64,000 bases of DNA from Deltaproteobacteria bacterium. Lineage in GTDB: Bacteria; Myxococcota; Kuafuiibacteriia; Kuafuiibacteriales; Kuafuiibacteriaceae. Below the pieces are notes generated by a model that was not told the origin of the DNA, searched no databases, and saw nothing but the letters and a program-made list of their open reading frames with translations. Shown in pieces: positions 10,663-20,771 of this stretch. Made by a program: the position numbers and the translations under genes. Positions within the stretch are counted from its first letter, which is position 1. Each line of letters starts with the position of its first letter. The stretch is taken from positions 6,382,270 to 6,446,269 of the forward strand of contig JADJBV010000001.1 of NCBI GenBank assembly GCA_016703535.1. The letters are read 5' to 3'.

Positions 10663-12033
10663 ATGGTGCGTCATGGTGTGGTGCTTGCGCTCCTCCTGAC
10701 CGCGGTGAATGCGGGGTGCGTCGCGCCGACGGAAGAACTTGGTCTTGGGGTCGGGATCGACGCCAACTTCGAGGCGAGGGACGCCGGCGACGATGGCGAT
10801 GATTCGTCCATTGCGCCTCGAGATGGCGGCGCCGACTTGGATGGGGCGGTGGGTCGGGACGCAGCCCCTCGAGATGTGGCGACGACCCCCATGGAGCGCA
10901 TGGCCTGCGGCTTGCCGCTCCCACCGGTGCAGTCGAACCCGACGTTTCCCGATCTGGCCGAGCTGAACATGGAGCTCCGCCCCGGCCTCGGCGCGACCTT
11001 TCGCGGACGACTCGTGGAGCCCGGGACCCTCTTCCGCATCTGGCTCGAGCTGGTGGACGAGTCGGGGAGGGTCGTCAAAGCCGAAGCGTCGGTGGAGCCT
11101 GATGAGTTCGAGCTCTTCGTTGGTGTCGACGCCTGCACCCAAAGCGGGGTGCGACGCCTCCAAGGCGTGATCCTCCGGGACTCCAACCAGCTCGAGACCA
11201 TGTTTCGGGATCTCGATGGGGATGGGGTCTTTGAAGTCATTCAGGACGGAGCCCCGCGCGGACAGCGGGATCTGGGCCGCTGGATCCTGAACTCTCCCAC
11301 GGCTTCGAGCGCTCACCCGATCCTGACGTCCATCACTTTGGCACCGTTGGACGCAGGCGAGGGCGTGGGTTTCGCCGCCAACGTCACCCTCTCGGGCGGG
11401 GAAGGTTGTGGCGCGGCTTCGGTCGTCTCCTTCGCCCGGGCCGTGAGCAACTATCCCTGCCAACCGGTGCTCCAGGGGGTCTCCAGCCTCGTCGGCGGTC
11501 GGGCCCGACCCGCCACGATGATGCGCCGCTGCATGGGCGGCGGCACCTGGACCATCGAGGGGCTGGCGCTCCGACCCAACTCCCATCCTTGGGATTTGGT
11601 GCCGATCGAAGATCCGAGTGGCTTGCTCCCAATCTCGATCGATCTGGGCGGGCCGGCTCCGTTCTCAGGTGTGCCTCAGGTCGAGGGCCTGACCTTCTCG
11701 AAGGAGTCGCGTTCGGACGGTACGGTCATCACGGTGGTCGGCGACTCCAACTTTCGCTGCCCCGCCTCCGGGAGCATCACCTTCAACCCTCTCGAGCCCA
11801 ACGCCCTCCCGGTCACCGGGATCGCCTCTTTGGGCGGCGGCGACTTCAGCGCCTGCCTCTTCATTCCGAAGAAGTGGTCGCCCAATCGCTTTGAGCTCTC
11901 CCAGATTCGGGTCCGCCCCGAGTACGGATGTGATCTGAACTTGGTGGCGCGTGGTGGGGTGCTGCAGGACCTCAGCCAACCCGGCTCCGGCTCCGAACTC
12001 CCGACGGCACTCCCGGTGATCACGACACCCTGA
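10663..12033 (+). CDS. Hypothetical lipoprotein
   Basis: ORF 10567..12033. ATG 10663 gives 'MVRHGVVLALLLTAVNAGC' (lipobox), followed by an Asp/Gly-rich linker. No recognisable domain. Confidence 0.6.
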   Translation: MVRHGVVLALLLTAVNAGCVAPTEELGLGVGIDANFEARDAGDDGDDSSIAPRDGGADLDGAVGRDAAPRDVATTPMERMACGLPLPPVQSNPTFPDLAELNMELRPGLGATFRGRLVEPGTLFRIWLELVDESGRVVKAEASVEPDEFELFVGVDACTQSGVRRLQGVILRDSNQLETMFRDLDGDGVFEVIQDGAPRGQRDLGRWILNSPTASSAHPILTSITLAPLDAGEGVGFAANVTLSGGEGCGAASVVSFARAVSNYPCQPVLQGVSSLVGGRARPATMMRRCMGGGTWTIEGLALRPNSHPWDLVPIEDPSGLLPISIDLGGPAPFSGVPQVEGLTFSKESRSDGTVITVVGDSNFRCPASGSITFNPLEPNALPVTGIASLGGGDFSACLFIPKKWSPNRFELSQIRVRPEYGCDLNLVARGGVLQDLSQPGSGSELPTALPVITTP

Positions 12034-12100
12034 AGGCCCGGGCGTCTTCGGCACAAACTATTCGGCGCCGACGACAACCCGAAGGGCGTATTGGTCAGTA

Positions 12101-12529
12101 GTGATGCCCCTTGCATGTCGGTCCAAAGCCGCGCCCGTCGCGGAAACACTCAGGATCCTTGGAGGTGCATGGCCTGAGCGCGCGGCGAGGTCCTGGCTGA
12201 GGGCCGGGTTGGTGGCGGTCGGCGTGTTCATCGGGGCCGCGGGATGCCAGGACGCGGCGAGCGAACTGGAGGGCGATGCGGATGTGGGGGCTGGACAATG
12301 TTCGGATCCGCAGCCGACCTGCCGCCGCGGCAACGACACGCCCTCCATCTACTGCTGTGTGCAATCCGATCCTTGTGGGGTGTGCTTTGGGGACGGGGTG
12401 ACCGCCACGACCTGCGAGGGCGGCGCCTGGATCTGCGGGCCCAGCTTCCGGCTCGAGTCCCAGTGCAGCGGATGGGCGTGGCAAGGGGACGCGTCCGGTG
12501 CACCTCCAGAGTGCGACGGCGGGATGTAG
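12101..12529 (+). CDS. Small cysteine-rich putative lipoprotein
   Basis: 142-aa ORF with a lipobox-like 'LVAVGVFIGAAGC'. The C-terminal ~90 aa are rich in Cys. The start codon is uncertain. Confidence 0.45.
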   Translation: MMPLACRSKAAPVAETLRILGGAWPERAARSWLRAGLVAVGVFIGAAGCQDAASELEGDADVGAGQCSDPQPTCRRGNDTPSIYCCVQSDPCGVCFGDGVTATTCEGGAWICGPSFRLESQCSGWAWQGDASGAPPECDGGM

Positions 12530-12579
12530 CCCGGGCTCAAGTTGTTCGCGTAGGGCCCGGGGCGCTCGTCCCGGGAGCC

Positions 12580-15500
12580 TCAGTACCAGTTGCCCGCCAC
12601 GGAGCCAGGACAGCTCCCGCCGGTGGTCACTTGGCCCGCGGCCCCCACACCCCCACCGTATGGGTTGTTGGTGCCGAAGTGCCACCGATACTCGGGCGAG
12701 TTGCAGGTGCAGGTGGCGCCGGGGGTCACGGTGGTGAAGGTCCCGCCGCAGGCGCGACCGCAGTTGGTCACGTTGTAGTGTCGATTGCAGGCGTCGAGGG
12801 CCCGCTGGTAGGAGCTCGTGTCGACCGGGCTCTCGTTGTAGAAGAGGGTCCCGAGGCCGGTGCTGTGTTCGTAACCTCGGAGGCCACATCCGCCGCTCGA
12901 GTCCACCGGAGCCTCACGACCGTCGGCAATGCCGTTGAAGCAACGACCCTCGATCTTCTGCACCAAAGCCACGCCGGAAGGTCCGATCGCTTGGGTGGCG
13001 TTGCCGCCGAAGAGGTACATCTTCCCGTGCAGCGTCGTGTGGGCGAAGCGATCCAGCGGCGACAGTAGGGCGCTGTCTGGGCCGATCGGGGTCAAGGCCG
13101 CGCCGCTGACGACCGCTTCACTCTCGATGACCTTGGTGGGCTGGTCGGCCCGCCGACCGGCGACCAGGCTCAATTGATCCCGCACCACGAAGGCGGCGCC
13201 ATGAGAGAAGGTAAAGCGCGCCGAGCTGCGGCTCGTCCAGTTGTTGCTGACGAAGCTGAGCATGGTGTTGTGGGGCGTGCCTTGATCGTTGAGGCCGCCG
13301 ACCACTCGCACCACCCCGGCGTGGGTGAAGGCCGAGGCCCCGGTGCGGGCGCTCGGGAGCACCGGCGCGCTGCTCCAGGTGTTGGCCACGGTGTCGTAGA
13401 CCTCGACCGTCTGGAGCGCACCGCCGTTGTAGCCGCCGATCACCCAGATCTGGGTGCCCTTGACCGTCACGGCCGCGTCCCGACGCGCCACCTGCATCGG
13501 CGTGCGCGGGATCCACTGGTTGAGGATCGGATCGTAGGCCCGGACGGTGGCCACTGAGTTGCCGAAGCTGTCGGCGCCGCCGATGGCGTACACCAGGTCC
13601 CCGACCGCGGCCGCCACCAGGCCACTTTGATGGGTGCCGAGGGGCGGGAGGATCCGATAGACCTCGGTCTCGGGATCGAACTCCCAGGCGGTGAGTTCTT
13701 CGGAGAAGTTGCGCCCTCCGAAGAGATAAACGCGGCCGTTGAGGGTGGCGGCGGCCTGCATGAAGCGCGCAGCCGGAAGTTCGGCCAAACGCCGCACGTA
13801 GTCCTGCGAGAAGTTGAACTGGACGCTGGTGTCCACCGGGCCGGCGCTGGTCTGGCCGCCGAGCACCCAAAGCGCAGCGCGTTGGGTGTCGACGTCGTCG
13901 GTGTCGACCACGATCAGGCCGGAGCCGCTGTGACGAGCGGCCGGCATCGGGGTGCGTTCGCGCCAGGCGTCGTCTTCGATGAGGTACTCCTCGACCTTGG
14001 CGGTGGCCGCACCACCGGCGACGCGACCGCCGGCGATCACCAGCCCGCGATGCCCACCATTCACTACCCCGGCGTTGATCAACTTACCGCCGGCCGCGAA
14101 GGAGCGCGGCGTCGGGAGCGCGGCCCCCAAGCTCCAGCTGTTGGCGCCGACGTCATAGATGTCGACCTCGGGGATCGGGTTGCCTTGGGCGTCTTCACCG
14201 CCGGCGACGATGATCCGGTTGCCCTCCACCACCGCGTTGAACGCATAACGCGGTCGCGGGAGTTGAGCGACCTGGTTGGTCCAGGCGCCGGTGCCGAGGT
14301 TCAGGACCTCGTGGTTCGGGAGCACCACGCCGCCGTTGGTCTTGCCACCCAGGACGTGGACCGAGTTGCCGACCACGACCGCGCTGAGGCCGAAGCGGGT
14401 GCTGGGCATGGGCGCCAAGTTCTCCCAGGTCGCTTGGGCGTTGCTGAGATCGAGCCGCTCGACCCGACCGAGGGGCGTGCCGTTGTTTTCGCCGCCGATG
14501 GCGTAGAGTTGGTTGCCCGAAGCCGCGATCGCCAGCTGGGCCCGGCCGCCGCTCATCGAGGCCAAGGCGGTCCAGGTCGCGGTCCCGAGGTCGTAGGCGA
14601 AGGCGCCCGCCTGGGGCGCGAGGCCGTCGGAGCCGCCGACCATGATCACCCGGGTGCCGACTTGGGTGGCCGCGGTGTGGATCAGGCTCTCCGAGAGCAT
14701 GGGCGCTGGGCGCCAGCCATTGCCATGGCCGGTGATCTCGTAGCTGGCGTCCACCACGTTGGCTTGCCAGTTGCCGGCCCGGTCCCGGGCCCGAAGGCGC
14801 AGGGTCGTGTCGTCGAAGACCCGGATGTCCTTCACCGACTCGAAGCTCTCCGAGTCTTCGGTGGGCGTCGAACCGTCGGTGGTGAAGTACACGGTGGCCG
14901 GTTCATCGCTGGCCAGGCGCACGGTGACGCCATTCAGGAAGGTGCCGCCCGAGGGGCTGAGAGAGGTGTTGGGAGGCGTGATGTCGTAGACGATCCGGGC
15001 CTCGATGGTGGCGCTCCCCTGGCCCTGGTCCACACTCCGCACCACGTAGACGTTTTCGCCAGGGACCAGGTTCAAGGCCACAGTCCAGGTGGTGTCGGGG
15101 CTCTGGGGCACGGCCTCCAGGCCGTTGATCTCCACCGAGGCGCCGGCCGGTTTGGTGCCGCCGAGGCTCAACACGCCGACGTTGGTCGGGGTGGTGTACG
15201 GGTTGAGGGTCGGCGGCTCGATGCACCCGCCGATGGGGCTCACCTGGCAGGTGCCGGCCTGGCAGACGTCGTTGGTGCAGGCATTGCCGTCGCTGCAGCT
15301 CGCGACCTGGGGCTCTTGGGCGCAGCGGTTCCGCGAGAAGTCGAAGTAGTCTCGGGTGCAGGGGTTGCGGTCGTTGCAGAGCGCGGCGTCATCGATGGCC
15401 TCACACACGCCGGCGTTGCAGATCTGCCCGATCGGACAGGCGCCGGTCTGATTGTTTTGGGAGCAGCCGATGCCGGCGTCGGTGCAGACCCCGGCGACGC

Positions 15501-16632
15501 AGTCGAAGCCGGTGGCGCAGAGGCCGTTGGGGTTGGTCGTGGAGCACAAGGTCGAGTCGGGTCGGCAGCGGCCCTCCAGGCAGGTCTCCTGGGTGCCGCA
15601 GACCGGGCATCCCGTCGGGGCTTCACACACGCCGTTGGTGCAGATCTCCCCGGCCGGGCACAGGCCCGTAGGCTCGGCCACCGAGCAGAGATCGGCGGTC
15701 GGGACACACAACCCTTCCAAGCAGCTGTTGCCGCTTGGGCACAGGCCGGTGGGGCGGGTGCTCGAGCACAAGAGCGTGGCGTCGACACATTGGGCGTCGA
15801 GACAGGTCTGTCCGGTCACACATCGTCCGCTGGGGTTGGTGGCGCTGCAGAGGTCGGCGTTTTCGACGCAGGCACCCTCGAGGCAGGTTTCGCTCATCGG
15901 GCAAAGACCCGCGGGCAACGCCGGCGCGCAGAGCAAGGTGTCGTTGGTGCAGTTGCCGTCGAGGCAGGTGCGACCGGTGGCGCAGAGGCCGCCTGGGTTC
16001 GCGGCGCTGCAGAGATCGCCCATGGCCACGCAGGTGCCGTCGAGGCAACGTTCACCGCCGGCGCAGAAGCCCATCGGCTCCGCGGGCGAACAGGGATTGG
16101 GCGTGGCGCAGGCGCCGTTGGTGCAGCTGAGGCCGCCGCCACACAACCCGGTCGGGTTGGTGGTGCTGCACAGGTTGGCCTCGGGGACGCAGTTCCCTTC
16201 GAGGCAGGCTTCGGTGGTGAGCAGGCACAAGCCCTCTTGGTTGGTGCCGGAGCACAACAACGCGTCGCTGATGCACTGGCCGGCGCGGCAGCTGGTCCCA
16301 GCGTCACAACGCCCGGTCGGGTTGGCGACGCTGCACAGGGCGGTCGCGCTTTCGCAGACGCCCCCGCGGCAGGTCTCGTTCGGCGGGCAGAGGCCCGTGG
16401 TGTTGCTCGCGCTACAGAAGGCCGCGTCCTCGAAGCACTGGCCGCCGTAACACTGGTATCCGGCCGCGCAGAGCCCGGTGGGGGCGAGGGGGCCGCAGAG
16501 TTCAGGGCCCACGCCGCTGTCGGCCGGCGGAGTGCCCGAGTCGGCGGGACTTGGCCCGGGCCGCTCGCTTTCGCCGCAGGCGGCGAAAAAGACCAAGGCG
16601 AGTCCGGGGACCAAATGGCGAGCGCTGAGCAT
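12580..16632 (-). CDS. Large secreted lipoprotein: ~13 Myxococcus-type cysteine-rich repeats, Ig/FN3-like region, multiple Kelch repeats, Cys-rich C-terminal domain
   Basis: 1350 aa. Signal/lipobox 'LALVFFAAC'. A 27-aa repeat 'C-S-x-x-N-P-T-G-L-C-x-x-G-x-x-C-x-x-G-x-C' covers aa 46-410. The Kelch-like units include 'LYAIGGENNG', 'VHVLGGKTNG', 'IIVAGGEDAQG', 'VYLFGGRNF', 'VYAIGGADSFG' and 'IWVIGGYNGG'. Confidence 0.85.
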   Translation of the reverse strand: MLSARHLVPGLALVFFAACGESERPGPSPADSGTPPADSGVGPELCGPLAPTGLCAAGYQCYGGQCFEDAAFCSASNTTGLCPPNETCRGGVCESATALCSVANPTGRCDAGTSCRAGQCISDALLCSGTNQEGLCLLTTEACLEGNCVPEANLCSTTNPTGLCGGGLSCTNGACATPNPCSPAEPMGFCAGGERCLDGTCVAMGDLCSAANPGGLCATGRTCLDGNCTNDTLLCAPALPAGLCPMSETCLEGACVENADLCSATNPSGRCVTGQTCLDAQCVDATLLCSSTRPTGLCPSGNSCLEGLCVPTADLCSVAEPTGLCPAGEICTNGVCEAPTGCPVCGTQETCLEGRCRPDSTLCSTTNPNGLCATGFDCVAGVCTDAGIGCSQNNQTGACPIGQICNAGVCEAIDDAALCNDRNPCTRDYFDFSRNRCAQEPQVASCSDGNACTNDVCQAGTCQVSPIGGCIEPPTLNPYTTPTNVGVLSLGGTKPAGASVEINGLEAVPQSPDTTWTVALNLVPGENVYVVRSVDQGQGSATIEARIVYDITPPNTSLSPSGGTFLNGVTVRLASDEPATVYFTTDGSTPTEDSESFESVKDIRVFDDTTLRLRARDRAGNWQANVVDASYEITGHGNGWRPAPMLSESLIHTAATQVGTRVIMVGGSDGLAPQAGAFAYDLGTATWTALASMSGGRAQLAIAASGNQLYAIGGENNGTPLGRVERLDLSNAQATWENLAPMPSTRFGLSAVVVGNSVHVLGGKTNGGVVLPNHEVLNLGTGAWTNQVAQLPRPRYAFNAVVEGNRIIVAGGEDAQGNPIPEVDIYDVGANSWSLGAALPTPRSFAAGGKLINAGVVNGGHRGLVIAGGRVAGGAATAKVEEYLIEDDAWRERTPMPAARHSGSGLIVVDTDDVDTQRAALWVLGGQTSAGPVDTSVQFNFSQDYVRRLAELPAARFMQAAATLNGRVYLFGGRNFSEELTAWEFDPETEVYRILPPLGTHQSGLVAAAVGDLVYAIGGADSFGNSVATVRAYDPILNQWIPRTPMQVARRDAAVTVKGTQIWVIGGYNGGALQTVEVYDTVANTWSSAPVLPSARTGASAFTHAGVVRVVGGLNDQGTPHNTMLSFVSNNWTSRSSARFTFSHGAAFVVRDQLSLVAGRRADQPTKVIESEAVVSGAALTPIGPDSALLSPLDRFAHTTLHGKMYLFGGNATQAIGPSGVALVQKIEGRCFNGIADGREAPVDSSGGCGLRGYEHSTGLGTLFYNESPVDTSSYQRALDACNRHYNVTNCGRACGGTFTTVTPGATCTCNSPEYRWHFGTNNPYGGGVGAAGQVTTGGSCPGSVAGNWY
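15403..16497 (-). repeat. Array of ~13 tandem 81-nt (27-codon) cysteine-rich repeat units inside the 12580..16632 CDS
   Basis: Repeat units start at protein Cys 46, 73, 100, 127, 155, 181, 208, 235, 262, 289, 316, 363 and 390 (counted by hand). There is one degenerate unit near 342. Confidence 0.8.
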
Positions 16633-16968
16633 GGAGCCTCCGGTACGAGCTTACGTTGGGACCCGCGGAACCTTCCCACCCGGTGGTCCAGGTGAGCCCA
16701 AAGATCGCGCTGTTGGCCCGAGTTCTCGGGTCCCCTGGAGCACGACAGGGGCAGACCGGGGGGCTCCTCCCACCTGGTGCGAGTGAAGGCGCGGGACCAA
16801 ACGTGGAGCGAGGCGCGGACCGTCGGCCCAGCCCCCGGATGACAGGGCCGCCGCGCAAGGTGAAAACGGGAGTCCTCACCTTGGACGGAATGGCGCCTAC
16901 CCCGCCCGCGGCTTTGGCGCCTGCGGTGCGGGCGCGGTGGAGTCCGTGTACGGTCCGCGAACCAGCCA

Positions 16969-18006
16969 ATGTCCAAGCCAAGGTTTTTGGGGTGGGTACC
17001 CCTGGTCTACTTGCTGAGTTCGGGCGGTTTCGCCCACGCCGAGTTCAACTCGTCGATCGGCAAACACAGCGACTGCAAGAAGCTCAAAGGCGCCGACCGA
17101 ACGCGCTGCACCCAGTGCCTCAACAGCGGCGAAGGCTTCTTCAACAAGGAACCCAAGACGGGCAAGTGGGTCTGCGGGATGACCAGCGACATGACGTCGG
17201 TCGCCGATCGGGAGCGGGGAGATCCTCCGCCGCCCCCCTTGAAGGCGATGCCGCCGCAGCAAAAGCAGTACGCCAAAATCGCCGCGGGCACGTTCCGGAT
17301 CGGCACGCCCGCGCCGGCGGATGGCTCGTACCGCTCGTCCTCGGAGTTGGACTCGGAGGTGACCATCACCCGGCCGTTCTTGATGAAGACCACCGAGGTG
17401 ACCAACGGCGAGTGGTACTTCGTGATGAAGAAGATGCCCAAGCGCTTCAAGGCGGGCTGCATGGACTGCCCGGCCACCCACATGTCCTGGCTCGACGCGG
17501 CCGCTTACCTCAACGCGCTCTCCAAGCTCGAGAAGCTCGAGACCTGTTACGTGATCCGCGGCGAAACCGTCGAGTGGAGGGGCCTCGACTGCAAAGGTTA
17601 TCGCCTGCCCACCGAAGCCGAGTGGGAGTACGCGGCCCGGGGCGGGACCACCGGTCCCACCCACGGAGAGATGGACGCCATCGCCTGGCACGCCGGCAAC
17701 AGCGACTCGAAGAAACACCCGGTCGGAGGCAAAGCGGCGAACGCGTACGGGCTCCACGACATGATGGGGAACGCCTCCGAGTGGACCTGGGATGTGTACA
17801 AAGAGGCCGCCTTCGAAAATCCTCAGACGGATCCGATCATCGGTGGCCTGAAGATGACCGACATCTACGAGGACCGAGTGGTCCGCGGCGTCGATTTTAT
17901 GGCGGCCCCCGCGAGCGCCAGCGTCGCCTTCCGCAACACCCAGCTGGACGCGAACCAGGCCGGCGAGACGATCGGGTTCCGGCCGGTGCGAACCGTCAAG
18001 CCCTAG
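16969..18006 (+). CDS. FGE-sulfatase (SUMF1/formylglycine-generating-enzyme-like) domain protein, secreted
   Basis: 345 aa. Signal 'WVPLVYLLSSGGFAHA'. Family hallmarks are 'GYRLPTEAEWEYAARGG', 'NAYGLHDMMGNASEWTWD' and 'GFRPVR'. Confidence 0.85.
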   Translation: MSKPRFLGWVPLVYLLSSGGFAHAEFNSSIGKHSDCKKLKGADRTRCTQCLNSGEGFFNKEPKTGKWVCGMTSDMTSVADRERGDPPPPPLKAMPPQQKQYAKIAAGTFRIGTPAPADGSYRSSSELDSEVTITRPFLMKTTEVTNGEWYFVMKKMPKRFKAGCMDCPATHMSWLDAAAYLNALSKLEKLETCYVIRGETVEWRGLDCKGYRLPTEAEWEYAARGGTTGPTHGEMDAIAWHAGNSDSKKHPVGGKAANAYGLHDMMGNASEWTWDVYKEAAFENPQTDPIIGGLKMTDIYEDRVVRGVDFMAAPASASVAFRNTQLDANQAGETIGFRPVRTVKP

Positions 18007-18056
18007 GCCGCCGCGCCGGGCCCGCCTTGCGTGACGCGGGTTCGGGTCTTAAGGTC

Positions 18057-18815
18057 GTGACGGTGACGCGAAGGCTGGCACCGCTGGTGATCTTTACCTT
18101 GGCCTTGGCTTGTGAAGACGCCGCCCAGCTGAGCGGCGTGGACGGCGGGCCCAACTTCGACGCCGCGCCTCGAGACCTGGGGAGCCTCCCGAGCGACGCC
18201 GCTTGGCCTGATGCAGCGCCAGCCCTCGACGACGCAGCGGCTTCGCAAGACGCCGAGCCGACGGACGCCGGGATCTCCGACACGGGTCCCGAACCCGACG
18301 CGGGCTCCAAGCTCGACGCCGGCCCGGGGGCGTGCCCAGACGGTCTCAACCAACTCCAGGCCCGGGACGAAAACTGCAACTTGGGAGGGCGCTTCGTCGC
18401 CTACGAATACACGCCGCAGCTGAGCTTCACCCTCGACCGGATCGAAGTGCCGACGGGCCTGAGCCGCTGGAACCTTCCGGCTCCACCTCCGGTCGCGCCT
18501 CCGGACATCGTCCCAGGTCAGCTGCTCGCCGAGGTCCGGGCCGACAGCAACGGCCTCCCCTCCTCGGTGGCCCTCACCTCCGGGCTGATCTCCATCGCGC
18601 CCGGGTATCAGTGGCAGTCGGTGCCCCTTTCGCCGCCGGTCGCGCTGGTCGCAGGGACTCGCTATTGGGTCGTCGTGAAGGCCCCCGAGGCCGACTGTTG
18701 GCTGGCGCTCACCGGAGTCCAGGTCCACTCCACGAGTTCGGATGCCCCGGACGGGCCCTGGAGCCAGCCGGGCTTCGAGAACTTTTGGCAGTTCAACTTC
18801 TGCGGCCGCCCGTGA
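18057..18815 (+). CDS. Hypothetical lipoprotein
   Basis: Only the 3' third of track ORF 16656..18815 looks real. GTG 18057 (or 18063) gives 'VTVTRRLAPLVIFTLALAC' (lipobox), followed by an Asp/Ala/Pro-rich linker. No recognisable domain. Confidence 0.55.
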   Translation: MTVTRRLAPLVIFTLALACEDAAQLSGVDGGPNFDAAPRDLGSLPSDAAWPDAAPALDDAAASQDAEPTDAGISDTGPEPDAGSKLDAGPGACPDGLNQLQARDENCNLGGRFVAYEYTPQLSFTLDRIEVPTGLSRWNLPAPPPVAPPDIVPGQLLAEVRADSNGLPSSVALTSGLISIAPGYQWQSVPLSPPVALVAGTRYWVVVKAPEADCWLALTGVQVHSTSSDAPDGPWSQPGFENFWQFNFCGRP

Positions 18816-18846
18816 AGGGTCGAGGGCAACGAGTGAGCCACCGGGA

Positions 18847-20205
18847 TCAGCGCGGACAAGGTACGGCGTCGTAGACCTCGGTCCCGTGAGACAAGGACAG
18901 CAGCAGGTGACGGCAGTCGGGGGTCTCGACGAAGCCGATGCCTTCGAAGTCTCCCGGCAAGAAGGTGGTCCCATCGTCCCGCCGCGCCTCGAGGATGGAG
19001 TGCAACTCCAGCGGGTTGAACCGGGAGAAGGCCGCGATGGTCAGGGCATATGGCTGAGGCACGGTGGTGAGGAAGATCAGCGATTGTCGATCGCAGCCAA
19101 GGTTCAGCCAGAACGCGCCTTGGCCGGGGGTGAGCGGAAAACCGACGCCTTCGCCGAGGAAGCCGGTGTCACCCGCCACCGTTGAGCTTCGCACCACCGC
19201 CACCGCGGCGAGGGTGTCGGAGCGGAAGATGAGGGTGCGGAGGTCGCCGAGCAGCACCGGGAAACGAAGGTGATCGGTGGCCTTGGAAAGGACCACCCGA
19301 GGGCGCACAAAAGGCGCGCCGAGCCGCGGGCGGGACGCGACCCAGATCTCGTTGATGGCGATACTCCCGGTGCGGACCTGAAAGAACAGCTCCAGGCCAT
19401 CGGCCCGGACCTGAGGGCGCTCCTGGGCGTAGTCGGCGGGGAGGCCCAGGTCGATCGGCTCGATGCTCCCCGGACGGATCGCGAGGTTCGGTTCGAGCTC
19501 CGCCCGGGCCAACTTCAGGTCCCCTGGGGGGCCGTAGCGATCCGTCGAGAAGTACAAGATCCACCGCCCGTCTTCGACCCCCACCGAAGTGACGGTGTCG
19601 TTGGCGCCCGGGGCAGCGAGGCCGAGCAGCGGGCCTCGGGAGCGATAACAAGCCTCGGCCCGCGGATCGGGCAGCAGGCAATCGTTGTGGGGATAAGGCT
19701 CCTTCAGCAGCGACGTTCGGGCGCAAGGGCAAGGCAACTTGCATTCCTCGGGGTTGGGGCTGAGCCCGTAACAACCGCCCGCGCCGAGGCAGGCGCCGCG
19801 TTCCGGCGCGGCGATGCGCACCGCCGCCAGCCGCAGTTCGGCGTCCGTGGCGTCGACGGGTGACCAGCGGGTGTCGACCTTCTCGAAGGTGGCCAGCCCC
19901 TCTGGGAGTGGTCGCCCATCGCCGCGAGGAAGTTGACCTTCCGGGAGGGCCAACTCACTCAAGGGTGCGCCCAGGTATCGCAAGTAGAGGGGGCCCGGCG
20001 GCGCGGCGAAAGGCGCCGGCCCTACCCCCTGATGCGCGATGACCACTGGGCCGTCCTCCGCCAGGACCACGATCAACATCGATCGGGCACCCGCGGGCGG
20101 GACGGGCCACTGTAGACCCTCGGCGGGGCTGCAGGCCGTGAAGCAAGCGGCGACGAGGGCCGAGACCCGCCGAGCGAGGCCCGGGAATGGACGAGGCCCG
20201 GTCAC
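18847..20205 (-). CDS. Hypothetical lipoprotein
   Basis: 452 aa. 'VSALVAACFTAC' lipobox and a Cys-rich middle ('CYGLSPNPEECKLPCPC'). No domain recognised. Confidence 0.55.
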   Translation of the reverse strand: MTGPRPFPGLARRVSALVAACFTACSPAEGLQWPVPPAGARSMLIVVLAEDGPVVIAHQGVGPAPFAAPPGPLYLRYLGAPLSELALPEGQLPRGDGRPLPEGLATFEKVDTRWSPVDATDAELRLAAVRIAAPERGACLGAGGCYGLSPNPEECKLPCPCARTSLLKEPYPHNDCLLPDPRAEACYRSRGPLLGLAAPGANDTVTSVGVEDGRWILYFSTDRYGPPGDLKLARAELEPNLAIRPGSIEPIDLGLPADYAQERPQVRADGLELFFQVRTGSIAINEIWVASRPRLGAPFVRPRVVLSKATDHLRFPVLLGDLRTLIFRSDTLAAVAVVRSSTVAGDTGFLGEGVGFPLTPGQGAFWLNLGCDRQSLIFLTTVPQPYALTIAAFSRFNPLELHSILEARRDDGTTFLPGDFEGIGFVETPDCRHLLLSLSHGTEVYDAVPCPR

Positions 20206-20325
20206 CCTCGGAAGCTACGTCGCCCCCTCGACCCCTGTCGAGGAGGTCGGTTCAGCGCGGGCCGGCGGAGCTCACGCATTCGCCGCTAGCGAGGGGCGAG
20301 CGATCGTGGTTAGGCAACTTCCTTC

Positions 20326-20727
20326 ATGAACGCGATCTACATGGCCCACTCCGGACTCCGCTACCTCGTCCTCCTGTCGGGGTTCATCACCCTGGCCCTG
20401 CTGTTGATCGGCCAACTCCAAGGCAAGGCCTTCGCGCCCATTCATCGGATCTCCAGCACCGCCTACGCGGGCCTGCTCCACCTGCAGGTCGTCCTGGGCA
20501 TCGTCTTGGTCGGGATGGGCCGCTTCTACCCGGCGCTGATCGGCCACCTGGCGATGATGTTGGCCGCCGCGGTCGGGCTCCAGTTCGCCCTCACCTTCAA
20601 CAAGAAGCGCGGGACCCCCAACCTCAAGCTCCCGCTGATCGCGGTCGCGGTGTCGCTGGTGTTGATCGCCGCGGGCGTGATGGCGATCGGCCGGGGCCTC
20701 TTTCAGAGCATCGCCTTCTCTTCTTGA
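20326..20727 (+). CDS. Small integral membrane protein (4 predicted TM helices)
   Basis: 133 aa with four hydrophobic stretches ('YLVLLSGFITLALLLI', 'AYAGLLHLQVVLGIVLVGM', 'LIGHLAMMLAAAVGLQFAL', 'LIAVAVSLVLIAAGVMAI'). Confidence 0.6.
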   Translation: MNAIYMAHSGLRYLVLLSGFITLALLLIGQLQGKAFAPIHRISSTAYAGLLHLQVVLGIVLVGMGRFYPALIGHLAMMLAAAVGLQFALTFNKKRGTPNLKLPLIAVAVSLVLIAAGVMAIGRGLFQSIAFSS

Positions 20728-20771
20728 GGCCCGTGGGCTGCATTGACTCCGCCCAGGTAGTCCCTCAAGAA

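Noticed and set aside
13627-16695. 1022-aa plus-strand ORF antisense to the Cys-repeat/Kelch gene
   Set aside because: It is a low-complexity Gly/Ala/Arg/Val translation that mirrors the codon periodicity of the real minus-strand gene. It has no start context or motifs.
16656-18815. 719-aa plus-strand ORF, and similarly 20187..21890 (567 aa), as full-length genes
   Set aside because: Their 5' two-thirds overlap better-supported genes or are Arg/Pro-rich. A lipoprotein signal peptide appears only near GTG 18057 and GTG 20772 respectively, so only the 3' parts were called.
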